From positions 34,658,001 through 34,722,000 of the forward strand of contig OZ024749.1 of the NCBI GenBank assembly GCA_964016885.1: a DNA stretch of 64,000 nucleotides. Reading direction: 5' to 3'. The stretch is from Eledone cirrhosa (taxonomy: Eukaryota). Positions within the stretch are counted from its first letter, which is position 1. Each line of letters opens with the position of its first letter. Below the pieces are notes generated by a model that made no database searches, was not told where the DNA came from, and saw only the letters and a program-made list of their open reading frames with translations. Of the stretch, positions 38,853 through 51,557 are shown one piece after another. A program made the position numbers and the translations under genes.

Positions 38853-40501
38853 TAAACTGTAAAGTTGTAAAATTCCATCAGCGCCTACCATCTTTTCCTC
38901 CAAGTGGTTGTGACAACCCACGACATTTCAAGATCTCAATGGTAACAAGATCTGGTTGACAAAGATCACGTGCTTTATATAAAAAACATGAAATCTGATT
39001 CCATCTCTGAATTCAATCTTTTGGTTTTGAGCAGATTTTTTAAACATAATTCAGTAAGTACGGCATACAGGTAAAATGATATTGTTATCATTACAATTTA
39101 AAGTCCTTCATAAATCTGGCTGATAACATCTAACTGTTCAACAAGAAGTGGGTTCTTTGTTATTTCTGCCTACTGAATCATGTCTTTTAAAATTATATTG
39201 CTGCCTTAATTTATTAGTCAAACAGCTTCATATCAAACATATATTCTGTAGTTTTCCACTTGTAGCTGTTTCATTATATATCATCATCATCATTTAGCTT
39301 CTGCTTTCTCTGCTAGATGGGTCGTCAGCAGACCAAGTTGGTATTCAAGCAGAGGTATTGACCCCATGGATGGGCTGGGAGTCCAAATCTCACTTACATA
39401 TGTTCCTACACTCTAACGAGTGCTCAGCCTGCAACTTGCTTACATACAATCCTGCACACTTCCAATTGCATTTTATCATGATACCAGCACCAGGGAGGTA
39501 TTCATGTCTTTGAGACAGCTGAAGAGTTCCCCTGACTATTTTTTTGGCAGCAGGTTCTTTATGATTAGATGCCTTTCTTATCAACAACCACTATACAGTA
39601 TGTACTGTGTGTGTGTTTATCATGTAAATCACAAACACTAGGGTGGTTATATATGTAAAGCAAAACTTTTTTCAGCTGTTCTGTAAAATGACTGACTGGC
39701 CACAGCTGTAGAATTAACTTTTCTCAACACTAACTTCCTCTCTCTTATATATATGCAATTTATCTCCAAGAGTAGAACAGTGTAGAGTAGTGGTCAGCTA
39801 AGCTAAATCAATAAACTATAAACTTCTAGATAAATATCAATGCCCTAAAACAATGTATTTAAACAGAGTATAAGACAAGCTGCTGCTCTTTAAAGTAATA
39901 TAACTTATTTTATAATTAAAAACACTTGTTTTTGAGAAGTTTAAATACACACACTGATCATCATCGTCAACATCATCATTTAACATCTGTTTTCCCAGCT
40001 AGCAAGGGTTGGACAGGTTACCACAGACCAAGTTAGTACCTAGTTAGAGTCAGTAACCTCTCAGAGGCGCAGAGGTTTGCACCTTGCCCACATGTCTTCC
40101 TGCATTCTACAGAATGTACCAAGTACATTTTATTGTGAAACTAGCTCTAGCACTTTACAGAGAGTATTGGGTGTATTTTATTGTGGCACTGATACTAGAG
40201 AGGTTGTCACAGGTTAGTCCAGACAGAAGAGTCCTCTCAAAACCTATATTGTGTGAGGGACAATATGCTGAAGGATAGTCTTTGTCTCTACACTGAAACT
40301 TTTATTGTATGAAGAAGAAAAATAAAAAAAAACACCTCGTCTTGGGTATATGTTAAAAATGTGAAGGCTCTGAATTTCTAATGGAGTTATAGGAATGCTG
40401 TCCTGACATAACGCATGTTTTGGGTATTTTAAACCTGGCAGAGCCCATCTCTCTCCAGATCAAGATGCAGCCAATTTCTTCTTCTTCTTCTTCTTCTTCT
40501 T

Positions 40502-40552
<51 letters not shown>

Positions 40553-40849
40553 AAGAAAACCATCTCCAATAGTGGAATGGTTCTTTATTAATTGACTTCG
40601 AAAGAATGACTGGTAAAGTTGACCTTGGCAGGAATTAAACTCAAAACACAGTGATCCTGAACAAATATTTGGGCATTTTTTAAATTTGACACCCTAGTTG
40701 CTCTGCCAGTTCACCACCTTGGGTATATGTTATCAATATAATAAAATAGGATGTCTGAAAAACTTACATTTAGCTAAACAATTATACATAACACAAAATG
40801 TCTCTACTGTGGTTAATTCTTTCATCAATTTTCAACAGGCAACATTGAC

Positions 40850-41060
40850 TTAACCCTTTAGCATTTACATTACTCTATATATACTATTGTATTTTGTGGT
40901 AAAGACTTTATCTTACATAATTATCTCACATAATATCGAATCTATGAGATTTTGTTGTTATTTATTTTGAAAACAATACCTTACCAGTTACAGCTGGTTT
41001 GAACAGAAAGAGTTGAGAGAATTCTGACCGGATATAGCCAGTTAAATGCTAAAGTGTTAA
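40850..41060 (-). mobile_element. TTAA-flanked MITE family A
   Basis: TTAA-ccctttagcattta...taaatgctaaagtg-TTAA; interior is the reverse complement of the 23848 copy. Confidence 0.85.
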
Positions 41061-41248
41061 ACCAAATATTTCACATAAAATCAGTCAACCGAATATTATT
41101 GAGATCAACAATTTTATTATGTAACCAGTGAATGAATGAAAGTACAGATTAACTGGGTTAAATATGAAAAAAAAAGAAAAAGTCAACAATTTATAATTAG
41201 GAAGAAAATATTTCTAAATATTTCTAAATAATTCTTTACATCATATAG

Positions 41249-42214
41249 CAGGGCTTCCCAGCCTTTATTCCCCTCTTTCACATGGGAAAAATTTCCACTA
41301 CCCACCTGTATAGTAAATATTCCAAAAGCATTCCAAAAATGTTTGTTAAAAGTTTGATACGGGTTTGTTAGCTGACTTTTTATGATCTAGTAAAAAAAAC
41401 CAAAAGGGAGGTAACAAATAATGATAACTCATGGGGCTGCTGCTGCTGCTATTACCGTATTAAAAATGAAATGAAAGCAAACTTGACCATTTAAAACTGT
41501 ATTTTATTAAATTCTATTAGATTGGGATAAGATGTCACTATACTTTGATGATACCACAAGCCATGGTTACCGTGAAGCTGATACCACATTGTGGCATCAT
41601 GGTCATTTTGTAAATCTATCAATTCTTCCTGCACATGTCTTCACAATCAGTTACTTGAACTTCAAATGGGTTGTTACACCAAACTGGAACAGATGATTGA
41701 TGTTTGATGTTGGTGGCCATTTCATCTATATGTAGAGAAATTGTGTTATTACTAAGTGGAATTGTCTTGATAATTGTGCTAGGTTTCCTTATGCCTTATA
41801 GTCGACAGAACTTCTTCGATAACAAGTCAAAGTAATGTTTCTCCTATAATTGTGGGACTTACTGACTTTTGCAACAAGTAATGCAATGTTGTACACCCTC
41901 AATCATCACTTTTTGTGCTTTCTGAAATTCCGAAATCAACCGTTTTTCACTTTCTGAATGAGGTCTTAAGCTGTAAGAAATATGACAAAGGTTTTTTCTT
42001 CTGGTCAGCATGCTTAGGATATAAATGATACTTTGAGCATAAAAGCTTCATGGCTTTGATACATCAAGTTTGGTTGTCAGTTCTGAGGAGAAGAAATAAA
42101 CCCATAAGATAAATAATCAAATTTTCTCAAATGGAAACATTGGGGTGTCTAAAAATCATAAAAATAAAAAGAGAAAATATAAAATAAGTTTGTGTTAGAC
42201 GTCTGGAAATCCTG
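41249..42214 (-). mobile_element. internally deleted hAT (Buster/Charlie-like) DNA transposon with transposase remnants
   Basis: Minus strand ~41893-41703 reads YNIALLVAKVSKSH/IIGETLL*LVIEEVLSTIRH/RKPSTIIKTIPLSNNTISLHIDEMATNIK (Buster-type LSNNT..RI.EMA motif). It is joined to a C-terminal-like VQEELIDLQND. Terminus CAGGGCTTCCCA at 41249; the other end is uncertain. Confidence 0.8.
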
Positions 42215-42415
42215 ATGACATGTGTTCCAGTTGTTCAGTCAATGGAACAGCCTGTGTGAGAAATTAATGAGCAAGTGACAGTATTCTACAGACATGCATA
42301 CTATTAACGTAGAGTTTTAACATCACATTATCTTTGAATTACAGATATAACTAATTTTTTTCTATCTGAATAAACTGTTGCATTGTGAAATAAAGTGTCT
42401 TGCTTATTGGAAATC

Positions 42416-42616
42416 TACGAGGGTTGGCTGAAAAGTTCATAGGCTGACCAAGATACCCTCATGGAATGACCAGATGAGGTTTATTTTTCCACAAGTCCCT
42501 GGAAAGAAACAATACAGCTATTAATAAGAAGAGTTGAAATTAATGCATACAAGATTTCATAGCTCTAGCATCACTCCTTCATAGTCAGCTTATGAATTTT
42601 TCAGCTGACTCTTGTA
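42416..42616. mobile_element. mariner-type MITE with TA target site, inserted in a SINE
   Basis: TA-cgagggttggctgaaaagttcataggctgac ... gtcagcttatgaatttttcagctgactcttg-TA. Partial second copy at ~62815-62905. Confidence 0.85.
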
Positions 42617-42837
42617 CTTCATGCCCATACAATCATGAGCTGAACACCCTAACTACTAAGCCAAAGATGTTCCAGTCATGGCCATCTCATCTTTATTCCA
42701 GATGTATCTTGTGGATAGATAATCCTCCATCATCTTCAGTTTTAAAATGGTAGAGTGTGGTTTGAAAGAAATATGACTGCTATGTCTAGCATATGGAATT
42801 ACCACAAAAATCTCCTCTTTTGGCTTCTTGTGGTTGA

Positions 42838-43180
42838 TGTTTTTGTTGCTGCTGCTGCTGCTGTCGTTAATGTTGTTTGCTGCTGCTGCCACTGTTGTTG
42901 ATGCTGTTGTTATTGTTGATGTTGTCGCTGCTGTTGTTGCTGATGTTATCACTTCGGTTGTTGTTATTGTTGCTGCTGATGTTGTCACTGCTGTTGTTGT
43001 TATTGTTGCTACTGTTGCTGCTGCTGTTGCTATTGTTGTCACTGCTCCTGCTGTTGATGCTGTTGCTGCCACTGTTATTGCTGCTGGTGCTGGTGCTGCT
43101 GTTGATACTGCTGCTGCTGCTGCTGACGCTGGTGCTGCTGGTGCTCTCTGTTGGTGCTGCTGCTGTTGGTGTTGGTGGCA
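42838..43180. repeat. degenerate (GCT/GTT)n tract
   Basis: Seen directly. Confidence 0.9.
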
Positions 43181-43317
43181 ATGATATTACCTTGTAAAAT
43201 CTCCCTAATAGTAACCTACTTTAAAAAATGTAAACATTAAAAGCTAACATCCTGTTCAGATTTCAGGTGTGATTGCTGGCTGTAAAAATAACCATTCATT
43301 TCCACTCTAGCATTTCC

Positions 43318-44788
43318 GTGTCTGTCTGTCTGTCTATATGTCTGTCTGTCTCTCTGTCTGTGGTGTATGTCTGTCTGTCTGTCTGTCGTGTCTGTATGTC
43401 TGTCTATATGTCTGTCGTGTCTGTCTGTCTGTGGTGTATGTCTGTCTGTCTGTGGTGTATGTCTGTCTGTCGTGTCTGTATGTCGTGCCTGTATGTCTGT
43501 CTGTCTGTCTGTGGTGTATGTCTGTCTGTCTGTCGTGTCTGTCGTGTCTGTCTGTCTGTCTGTGGTGTATGTCTGTCTGTCTGTCGTGTCTGTATGTCGT
43601 GTCTGTATGTCTGTCTGTGGTGTATGTCTGTCTGTCTGTCTGTCGTGTCTGTATGTCGTGTCTGTATGTCTGTCGTGTCTGTCGTGTCTGTCTGTCTGTA
43701 TGTCTGCCGTGTCTGTCTGTCGTGTCTGTCGTGTCTGTCGTGTCTGTCTGTCTGTCTGTCTGTTGTGTCTGTCTGTCGTGTCTGTATGTCGTGTCTGTAT
43801 GTCTGTCGTGTCTGTCTGTCTATGGTGTCTGTCTGTCTGTTGTGTCTGTCATGTCTGTATGTCTGCCAATCTGATGTGTCTGTCTGTATGTCTGTCGTGT
43901 CTGTCTGTCTATATGTCTGTCATGTCTGTCTGTCTGTCTGTCGTGTCTGTCTGTCTATATGTCTGTCGTGTCTGTCTGTCTGTCTGTGGTGTTTGTCTGT
44001 CTGTGGTGTCTGTTGTGTCTGTCATGTCTGTATGTCTGCCAATCTGATGTGTCTGTCTGTATGTCTGTCGTGTCTGTCTGTCTGTCTGTCGTGTCTGTCT
44101 GTCTGTCTGTCTGTGATGTTTGTCTGTCTGTGGTGTCTGTTGTGTCTGTCATGTCTGTCGTGTCTGTATGTCTGTCTGTTTGTTGTGTCTGTGGTGTCTG
44201 TATGTCTGTCTGTCTGTCTGTGATGTTTGTCTGTCTGTGGTGTCTGTTGTGTCTGTCATGTCTGTCGTGTCTGTATGTCTGTCTGTTTGTTGTGTCTGTG
44301 GTGTCTGTATGTCTGTCTGTCTGTCTGTGGTGTCTGTCTGTCTGTGGTGTCTGCTGTGTCTGTCATGTCTGTATGTCTGCCAATCTGATGTGTCTGTCTG
44401 TATGTTTGTCGTGTCTGTCTGTCTGTCGTGTCTGTCTGTCGTGTCTGTCTGTCGTGTCTGTCGTGTCTGTCGTGTCTGTCTGTCTATATGTCTGCCGTGT
44501 CTGTCTGTCTGTCTGTGGTGTTTGTCTGTCTGTGGTGTCTGTTGTGTCTGTCATGTCTGTATGTCTGCCAATCTGATGTGTCTGTCTGTATGTCTGTTGT
44601 GTCTGTCTGTCTGTGGTGTCTGTATGTCTGTCTGTTTGTTGTGTCTGTTGTGTCTGTCGTGTCTGTCTGTCTGTCATGTCTGTCTGTCTGTATGTCTGTT
44701 TGTGTATCTGTATGTCTGTCAGTCGTGTCTGTCGTATCTGTCTGTCAGTCTGTCTGTCTGTCTGCCTGTATGTCAGTCTGTCTGTTGT
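43318..44788. repeat. (GTCT)n-derived compound satellite
   Basis: gtct/gtcgt/gtat units with a recurring gccaatctgatgt marker at ~43865, 44038, 44379 and 44567. Confidence 0.93.
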
Positions 44789-45077
44789 GACGTCACTACT
44801 ATGCTTTACTGATACTATTGTAGGAGAACCATTTGTGTCATGTCACGTTTCAACAACTTCTATTATATCCGTTTTATAATTCAATACTCACATTAAGTTA
44901 TACTTTTATACCAATATTTTTAATAATCTTAAGAACGTTTGCCCAACCCTTTGTAGGAAGGAGGGGAAACAATAATTGTTTTCTACTTTTAGCACAAGGC
45001 CAGCAATCTTAAGGGCAGGAGGAAAAGTCGATTAAACTGACTCCAGTGCATTACTGGTACTTTATTTTACTGACCCC

Positions 45078-45294
45078 TTAACACTTTAGCATTTAAACCG
45101 GCCATAACCGGCCAGAATTTTCTGACTTCTTTCTGTTCAAACCAGCCATAACAAGCTGCTCATAGTTATGTTAAGGTATTGTTCTCAAAATAAATAATAT
45201 CAAAATCTCGCAGATTCGATATTATGTGAAATAAAGTGATTACCATGAAAATACAACAGTAAATATAGAGTAATGTAAATGCTAAAGTATTTAA
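45078..45294 (+). mobile_element. TTAA-flanked MITE family A, adjoining a SINE fragment
   Basis: TTAA-cactttagcatttaaaccggcc...aaatgctaaagtat-TTAA. Confidence 0.82.
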
Positions 45295-45554
45295 TATTTT
45301 CTACTATAGTCCATGTGCCAAATTTATTCAACATAAAAGAATAATTATATTAGCAGTAGCATTTTCTAATTATTTTATATGGGTCTATATACACCTCTAA
45401 ATAACTATATTGTAATTGGTTTGCACTTATCTGCTTGGTTATATAACAAGAAAAAGGGAAGAAATTCTTTTCAAAACCAACAAACAAATCTTTTTGTTAG
45501 GGTAGAAAGGACTTGCCAGTCTGACTGAGCATATAATAAACACAGAAGTACTGT

Positions 45555-45820
45555 TGCCATGATAAGATGCACCCAGTACACTCTGTAAAGTGGTAGTGCT
45601 GGTGCCATGATAAAATGTACAAGTACACTGTATAAAGTGGAAGTGCTGGAGTTACAATAAAATGCACCCAATATATTCTGTAAAATGGTATTGCTGGTGC
45701 CCCAATAAAATGCATCCTGTATACTCTGTAAAGTTGTAGTGCTGGTGTTATGATAAAATGCACTCTGTAAAATGAAAATGCTGGTGGTATGGTAAAATGT
45801 ATCCAGTATACTCTGTAAAA
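45555..45820 (+). repeat. degenerate ~45-bp tandem of a LINE/SINE 3'UTR segment
   Basis: gtgctggtgccatgataaaatgcacccagtacactctgtaaa repeated ~6 times. Similar tracts at ~25230-25360 (+), 34570-34760 (-) and 40110-40195 (-). Confidence 0.7.
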
Positions 45821-45889
45821 CACAAACACAAGGAGAATTCCCACTCATCAGCTGTCTGTGGACCATTACAGTTTATATATATATATATA

Positions 45890-46332
45890 AGCAAAGGGAT
45901 ATTTAATTTGTTGGTAATTCAACAAATATATATATTTATAACTGATTTGAAGCACTCAACAAGTTTTCTGGAATATAATATCAATGATATTAATAAATGG
46001 AAACTATATTTATAAAACCATATTTATTCTATTATATATATCTCAAGGGTACCAAAACTTTGGTACGCTCTCATCAGATAAAATACAAAGTTTGTTTTAT
46101 AAATATTGACATATCCAGGAATGAGACCTTAACGGTTCAAGTTTTAACTGGATACTTATCCAGGTAAAACTTGAACTGTTAAGGTCTCATTCCTGGATAT
46201 GTCAATATTTATAAAACAAACTTTGTATTTTATCTGATGAGAGCGTACCAAAGTTTTGGTACCCTTGAAATATATATAATAGAATAAATATGGTTTTATA
46301 AATATAGTTTCCATTTATTAATATAATTGATA
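45890..46332. mobile_element. fold-back element, family 1: ~176-bp arms, 2-nt spacer, ~90-bp tail
   Basis: ~45979-46154 is the reverse complement of ~46157-46332 (centre ctggata-ct-tatccag). (TA)n on both sides. Confidence 0.85.
46226..46286 (+). ncRNA. minimal type I hammerhead ribozyme
   Basis: Stem I TATTTTAT/ATAGAATA; CTGATGA 46234-40; stem II GAGCGTACCAAA-GT-TTTGGTACCCTT; GAAA 46267-70; TATATA; UA. The mirror copy has GAGA instead of GAAA. Confidence 0.85.
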
Positions 46333-47390
46333 TATATATATAGTGTATAATAGTATGTATATGAATTGCTATGACAATAGTACCAAGCGATGTCACCTTT
46401 GGCTTTCCCTTGGACAACATCAGTGTCATGGAGAGGTGAGACTGAGATACATAGATGACCACTAGTCTTCTACTAAAGCACTCTGTCTGGGCCTGCACCT
46501 TGCAGAGGACCTTTTCAGATGCAAACCTATGGTCAGTTCTTGCCAGAAATTAGCATGCGCCATTAACATTGTTCTCAGGAAGAATCACTCAGCATGACAC
46601 TGTATGTGACACAGTGTGTCTCTCAAGGAGACAATATGCCACCCAGTCTGGGAATTGAACTCATGACCTTACAATCATGAGCCTAACACCCAAACCACTA
46701 AGATAATAGTAATAATTGACAGAAAATAACAAGGAGGGTTTGTTTAAAGGAAATTAAACCTTGTGTGTCAGTGGAGAGTTTCCGTCATTCTCTGGACAGT
46801 TCTGTCAGTGGGTAGCAGCCATGTTAGCTATGAAATAAAGAAACCAAATACATGGCTAAAATATATCTTTCAAATTAAATGAGAAACAAAAGAAATCAAA
46901 ACAAAACAACAGTGATTCAGTTATTTAGTAATTTGATAGCAACATGGTTTTTAATCGATTACTCATGAATTTCTTTCTCTTTTGCTTCTTTGTATTTAAA
47001 AAAAATCTTTATCAATGTTTGTGTCAGAAATCTCTTTGTATCTTTATCTAACAAATTCATGTAGGAGAGGGAGAGAGAGAGAAAAGGGGCTGTTTGTTTA
47101 CCACATAGTTGGTTGCCCACCTTTTTACCATTTTCCGTTGCCATTCTAAAACTAAAATTGTTATTTTTTAAATAAACATATATAAAAATGTTATATATTA
47201 GTTGTCCGTTATCCAACAGTGTGGGTGGTAGCAGTAAAAATTTTGAAAGAAGACAAATAGAATTTGATGTTGTTGTCACATGATCTAAAGCTACAATTAG
47301 GTTCATGTCAACTTTTTTTTTCCTGTCAAAATAATGTTGATACACAATTTTCGTCAAATGTTCATGTTATTGCTGCTATTAATGCTATCT

Positions 47391-47456
<66 letters not shown>

Positions 47457-47717
47457 GTTATTATTAATATTATTTGCATATCCATCTCTCATAACATAAT
47501 ATATAGGATTAATATGAATCTGAATGAGATTTGCTATTTAAAGTAATTATTTCTATGAAGTCAACTTCTAATTAGTCAACTAAATTGTAAATAGTGTAGG
47601 CTAAATAATATCAAATTATCAAATTATGCTTGCATAGCACACTCACATATGTCTGCGTATGTGAGAATGTATATATATGTAAATGTTTGTATATATATAT
47701 ATGTAAATGTATGTGTG

Positions 47718-47789
<72 letters not shown>

Positions 47790-48102
47790 GAAGTTGTATT
47801 TAATTTGTTGGAAGTCCGACAAACATAAATGTTTATAACTGATTTAGAGCACTCAACAAATTACTGGAGTAAATATTCCATGATATTAAATAAATGGAAA
47901 CTATATTTATAAAACCATATTTATTTTATTATATATATTTCAAGGGCAACCAAAACACCATTGGTGCGCTTTCATCAAATAAAACAACCTTTGTATTTTA
48001 TCTGATGAAAGCACACCAATGGTGTCTTGGTTGCCCTTGAAATATATATAATAAAAAAAATATGGTTTTATAAATATAGTTTCCATTTATTTAATATCAT
48101 GG
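47790..48102. mobile_element. fold-back element, family 1: ~107-bp arms plus tail
   Basis: 47878-47984 is the reverse complement of ~47996-48102. (TA)n on both sides. Confidence 0.85.
47994..48058 (+). ncRNA. minimal type I hammerhead ribozyme
   Basis: Stem I TTTTAT/ATAAAA; CTGATGA 48002-08; stem II AAGCACACCAA...TTGGTTGCCCTT; GAAA 48039-42; TATATA; UA. The mirror copy has TTGATGA. Confidence 0.82.
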
Positions 48103-48150
<48 letters not shown>

Positions 48151-48285
48151 TGTATATATATGTATATATATATTTATATATATATATATTTCTTTTTTTT
48201 TAAATTTAATTTTTTATTTATTTATTAATTTTTTTTTTCTCCTCGTGCAATGGCCATACTCGATAACGAGGGGGCAGCCATCATA

Positions 48286-48319
<34 letters not shown>

Positions 48320-48324
48320 CACAC

Positions 48325-48383
<59 letters not shown>

Positions 48384-48384
<1 letters not shown>

Positions 48385-48648
48385 ACGGGATGTGGCATAT
48401 TTGATTAACTTTGGTATTTTTAAATTCTATAATATGAAAAAAAAACACTATTTCACCAAAACATTTTTCAGAGATAATTCTCTGAAAAAATTTTTGCTGG
48501 AATATCTTAAAGCTGGATACAGACGTTATTGTAAGCCTTTGGTCACTGTATTACTAAAGCTAGTTTGAGACTACATAATAGGTCTATAGTAACCTTGTAT
48601 TATTAAAACTAAGGACAGACTATAGAGCAGGTCTGTGGCAATCCTGTA
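48384..48648. mobile_element. possible TA-flanked MITE
   Basis: Short imperfect TIR TA-cgggatg / aatcctg-TA and internal hairpin tttttcagag-ataatt-ctctgaaaaa; single copy in the window. Confidence 0.3.
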
Positions 48649-48887
48649 TTACTTGGTACAGACTAAACAAGAAAGCCATAAATTTATATAATTAACACAC
48701 ATTGAATAATACAACTCATGAGCAAAGTTGTAAAAGTAAGAAAAAACAAACTTGATGATGTTAATCATTTCTGCCATCCACCCTACAAAATATTTGTTCA
48801 TGTATGGGTGTATATATGTATGTGTATGTGTATGTATGTGCATGTCTATGTGTATGTGAATGTATGCACTTGTGTATATGTCTATAG

Positions 48888-48934
<47 letters not shown>

Positions 48935-49115
48935 CAATATGGATACAGTAAAAAACCTGTTTAGACCATTACTCACCAGAGTACTCGATACTTGGGGTAG
49001 TAGAGTATGGTAATATGAAATAGTTGGAATCCCAACAGCTGAGCTCTTGTCTGGAACTAGCTGTTGAAAGAGCAAAAGCTCAGCCATTAGGGTCCTGACT
49101 CTTTCATATATATAT

Positions 49116-49338
49116 ATATTAAAATAACAGATTAAAGTTTAAGCAAAGAATCGCTTAATGGGATCTTCTGAAACGTGTTTCAGAAGATCCCGTTAAGGGT
49201 GAAAGCAGCGATTCTTTGCTTAAACTTTAATCTGTTATTTTAATAAATATTTGCTCTATGGTTTTATATATTTTATATATATATTATCCTTATCGAGCCC
49301 TCTTCGGATTTTAGTCTTCACATTTATTATTATTACTA
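49116..49338 (+). mobile_element. fold-back element, family 2 (short copy) with CAGAAGA hammerhead-like motif 49177-49225
   Basis: Homologous to 21611-22231 in opposite orientation. Centre ctgaaac-gt-gtttcag; the short arm has a small deletion; (TA)n flanks. Confidence 0.8.
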
Positions 49339-49537
49339 TATATATATTTATATATATATACTATAGGCTTCTGCTCTTTTTGTCTACAAATTTCCTGAAA
49401 CAATAGAAGAAACTTGCCCAAGGTGCCACTAAGCAAGACTGAACCCAGAATCACATGGTTACAAAGCCAACTCCTTAACTACACAGCCCTCCATAAGCCT
49501 TATGTTGAAAGTAAATAGAACCTGTCTTTAGACATTC

Positions 49538-49575
<38 letters not shown>

Positions 49576-50744
49576 GCTGTGTTACTGTTTGATATCTGGG
49601 GTGAGGGAGAAATAAAAAGAGATGAGGTGAGGTCGTGACAAAATGAAAAATTAAGGTCAACAGTAAGAAAACTTGTCTAATGACAATTACAGACACAAAC
49701 ACCGATGAGACGAATAAAACAACCACTCCCTCTATTAATGCAGAAATACCTGTTGCTTGAAATCCAGGAAAAAATGTAGCTCTAGGTTTTTCTTGAAAGA
49801 AAGAGAGAGAGAGAGAGAGAGAGAAGTGGGGGCTGAAAGGTAACAAAATATATTTCAGTTAAAATATATTTCATCATCATTTAATGTCCACTTTCCCTGT
49901 TAGCAAGTGTTAGATGGGTCTTCACAGACCAAGTCAGTACTGAAGTGGGTCTACTGACCTCCCAGATAGGTTGGTAGTCCACATTTCACTTACTTAAAAT
50001 CCCACATTCATACTTTAGTTGAAATGGTATGGACTTGCATCTCTTTCAACAACGAGTGTTCCAATTGTTCAATCAATAGAATGACTTACTCATGAAATTA
50101 ACATGTAAGTGGCTGAGCATTGCACAAACATGTGTATTCTTCACCTAATTCTCAGAGAAATTTTAATGTGACACAGTGTGTGATGTGGCTAACCACAGCT
50201 ACAATCCATCTGACTGGCTTCCAAACAGTTTCTGTCTACCCAATTTGACCCACATATCTTGGGTTGGCTCAAGGCTATAGTATATGACACTTACCTAAGA
50301 TTCCTCACAGTGAGATCAAACCTGGGACCTAATGATTGTGAAGCAAACTTCTTAACCATTCAGCCATGTGGTATCCATATATCATCACCATTATTACTGT
50401 TTAACATGTATTTTCCATGCTTGCATAGGTGTGATGGGTTGTCATGTTATGAGGCTAGCCAGGTCAGGGGATCATGTCTTGCTCATACAGATCTATTTTG
50501 GGCTTAGTTTTCTACAGTTGGATGTCCTTCCTAACACCAGCCACATTACAGCTTGTACCTAGAGCTTTTTTCATGGCACTAACACCATGTACTGGGGGGC
50601 TTCACATGAAACATTTTGTTGTGGGAAGGAGAAGGTTTATATTCATATCACTTATGATGATGGTTTGTGATGCATGTAATACCATGTAACCCTTCCTAGC
50701 ATGGAAAAACTCCATCAATAAATATTGATGATGGTAATAAAATT

Positions 50745-51206
50745 TAACCCTTTTGATGGCAAACCTCATGAAATTGTCCCCTAGTTTTATGATAGAAAAT
50801 TGTATATTTTAATGTGTTTATATTTTATGATTTTTATCTAAAAGTCTTCCATCATAATTTTATATAAGAATTTTTATTATGTTCCAAACACTTACTGTAT
50901 AATGAGGAAGTTATTTTTACAAATCCCTCAAAATTTTGTATTCTTTTCAAAATTATTTGAAAATTATAGGCAGTATCCTTCATTAGAAATATTGTAATGA
51001 AAGGGTTAAAGTCCTCATATATAAATAAAAACCTTTTATCAAAATATTATGTAATAACCTTTGTTAAGTTATCTTCCTAACTCCAGCTTAAGAATGAGAA
51101 AGTTAGTTATATTACTAAATCTCTCTTAATTCTTGATTATTTCTAAAAGGATTTCTAAAACTACAGGCAATGTCTTTCATTAGAAATATGGTAACAAAAG
51201 GGTTAA
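50745..51206 (-). mobile_element. two adjacent MITE family B copies (one full, one partial)
   Basis: ttaacccttttga...gaaagggttaa (50745-51008) and a second copy ending caaaagggttaa (51206). Confidence 0.72.
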
Positions 51207-51456
51207 TCTGAGTGTTTATGTTAAGCTGAAACTTCTTTAAGACAAGAAATCAATCTAAAAAAACCTTTTACAAACAAAAATATAATTTATTATTCTGTTA
51301 GTGTTGTTCTCTGTTCAGCTGTTTCAAGAACTGTTTCTATCTGAGTGCGTGACAAGACACATTAAATTTACAAAACATTTCATATTGAATTTTTCGTGTT
51401 TCTCATTTTTAATTCATGTTTTTTTTTTACTATTTTAATGAAGTCAGACAGGAAAG

Positions 51457-51527
<71 letters not shown>

Positions 51528-51557
51528 TTCTTTCTTTCTCTTTCTCTCTCTCTCTCT

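Noticed and set aside
43273-44879. Cys/Val/Ser-rich overlapping ORFs
   Set aside because: (GTCT)n satellite that is open in several frames; no coding signal.
49475-49846. 123-aa minus-strand ORF with a hydrophobic stretch
   Set aside because: Both ends are microsatellite-derived, splice signals are weak and no family is recognised.
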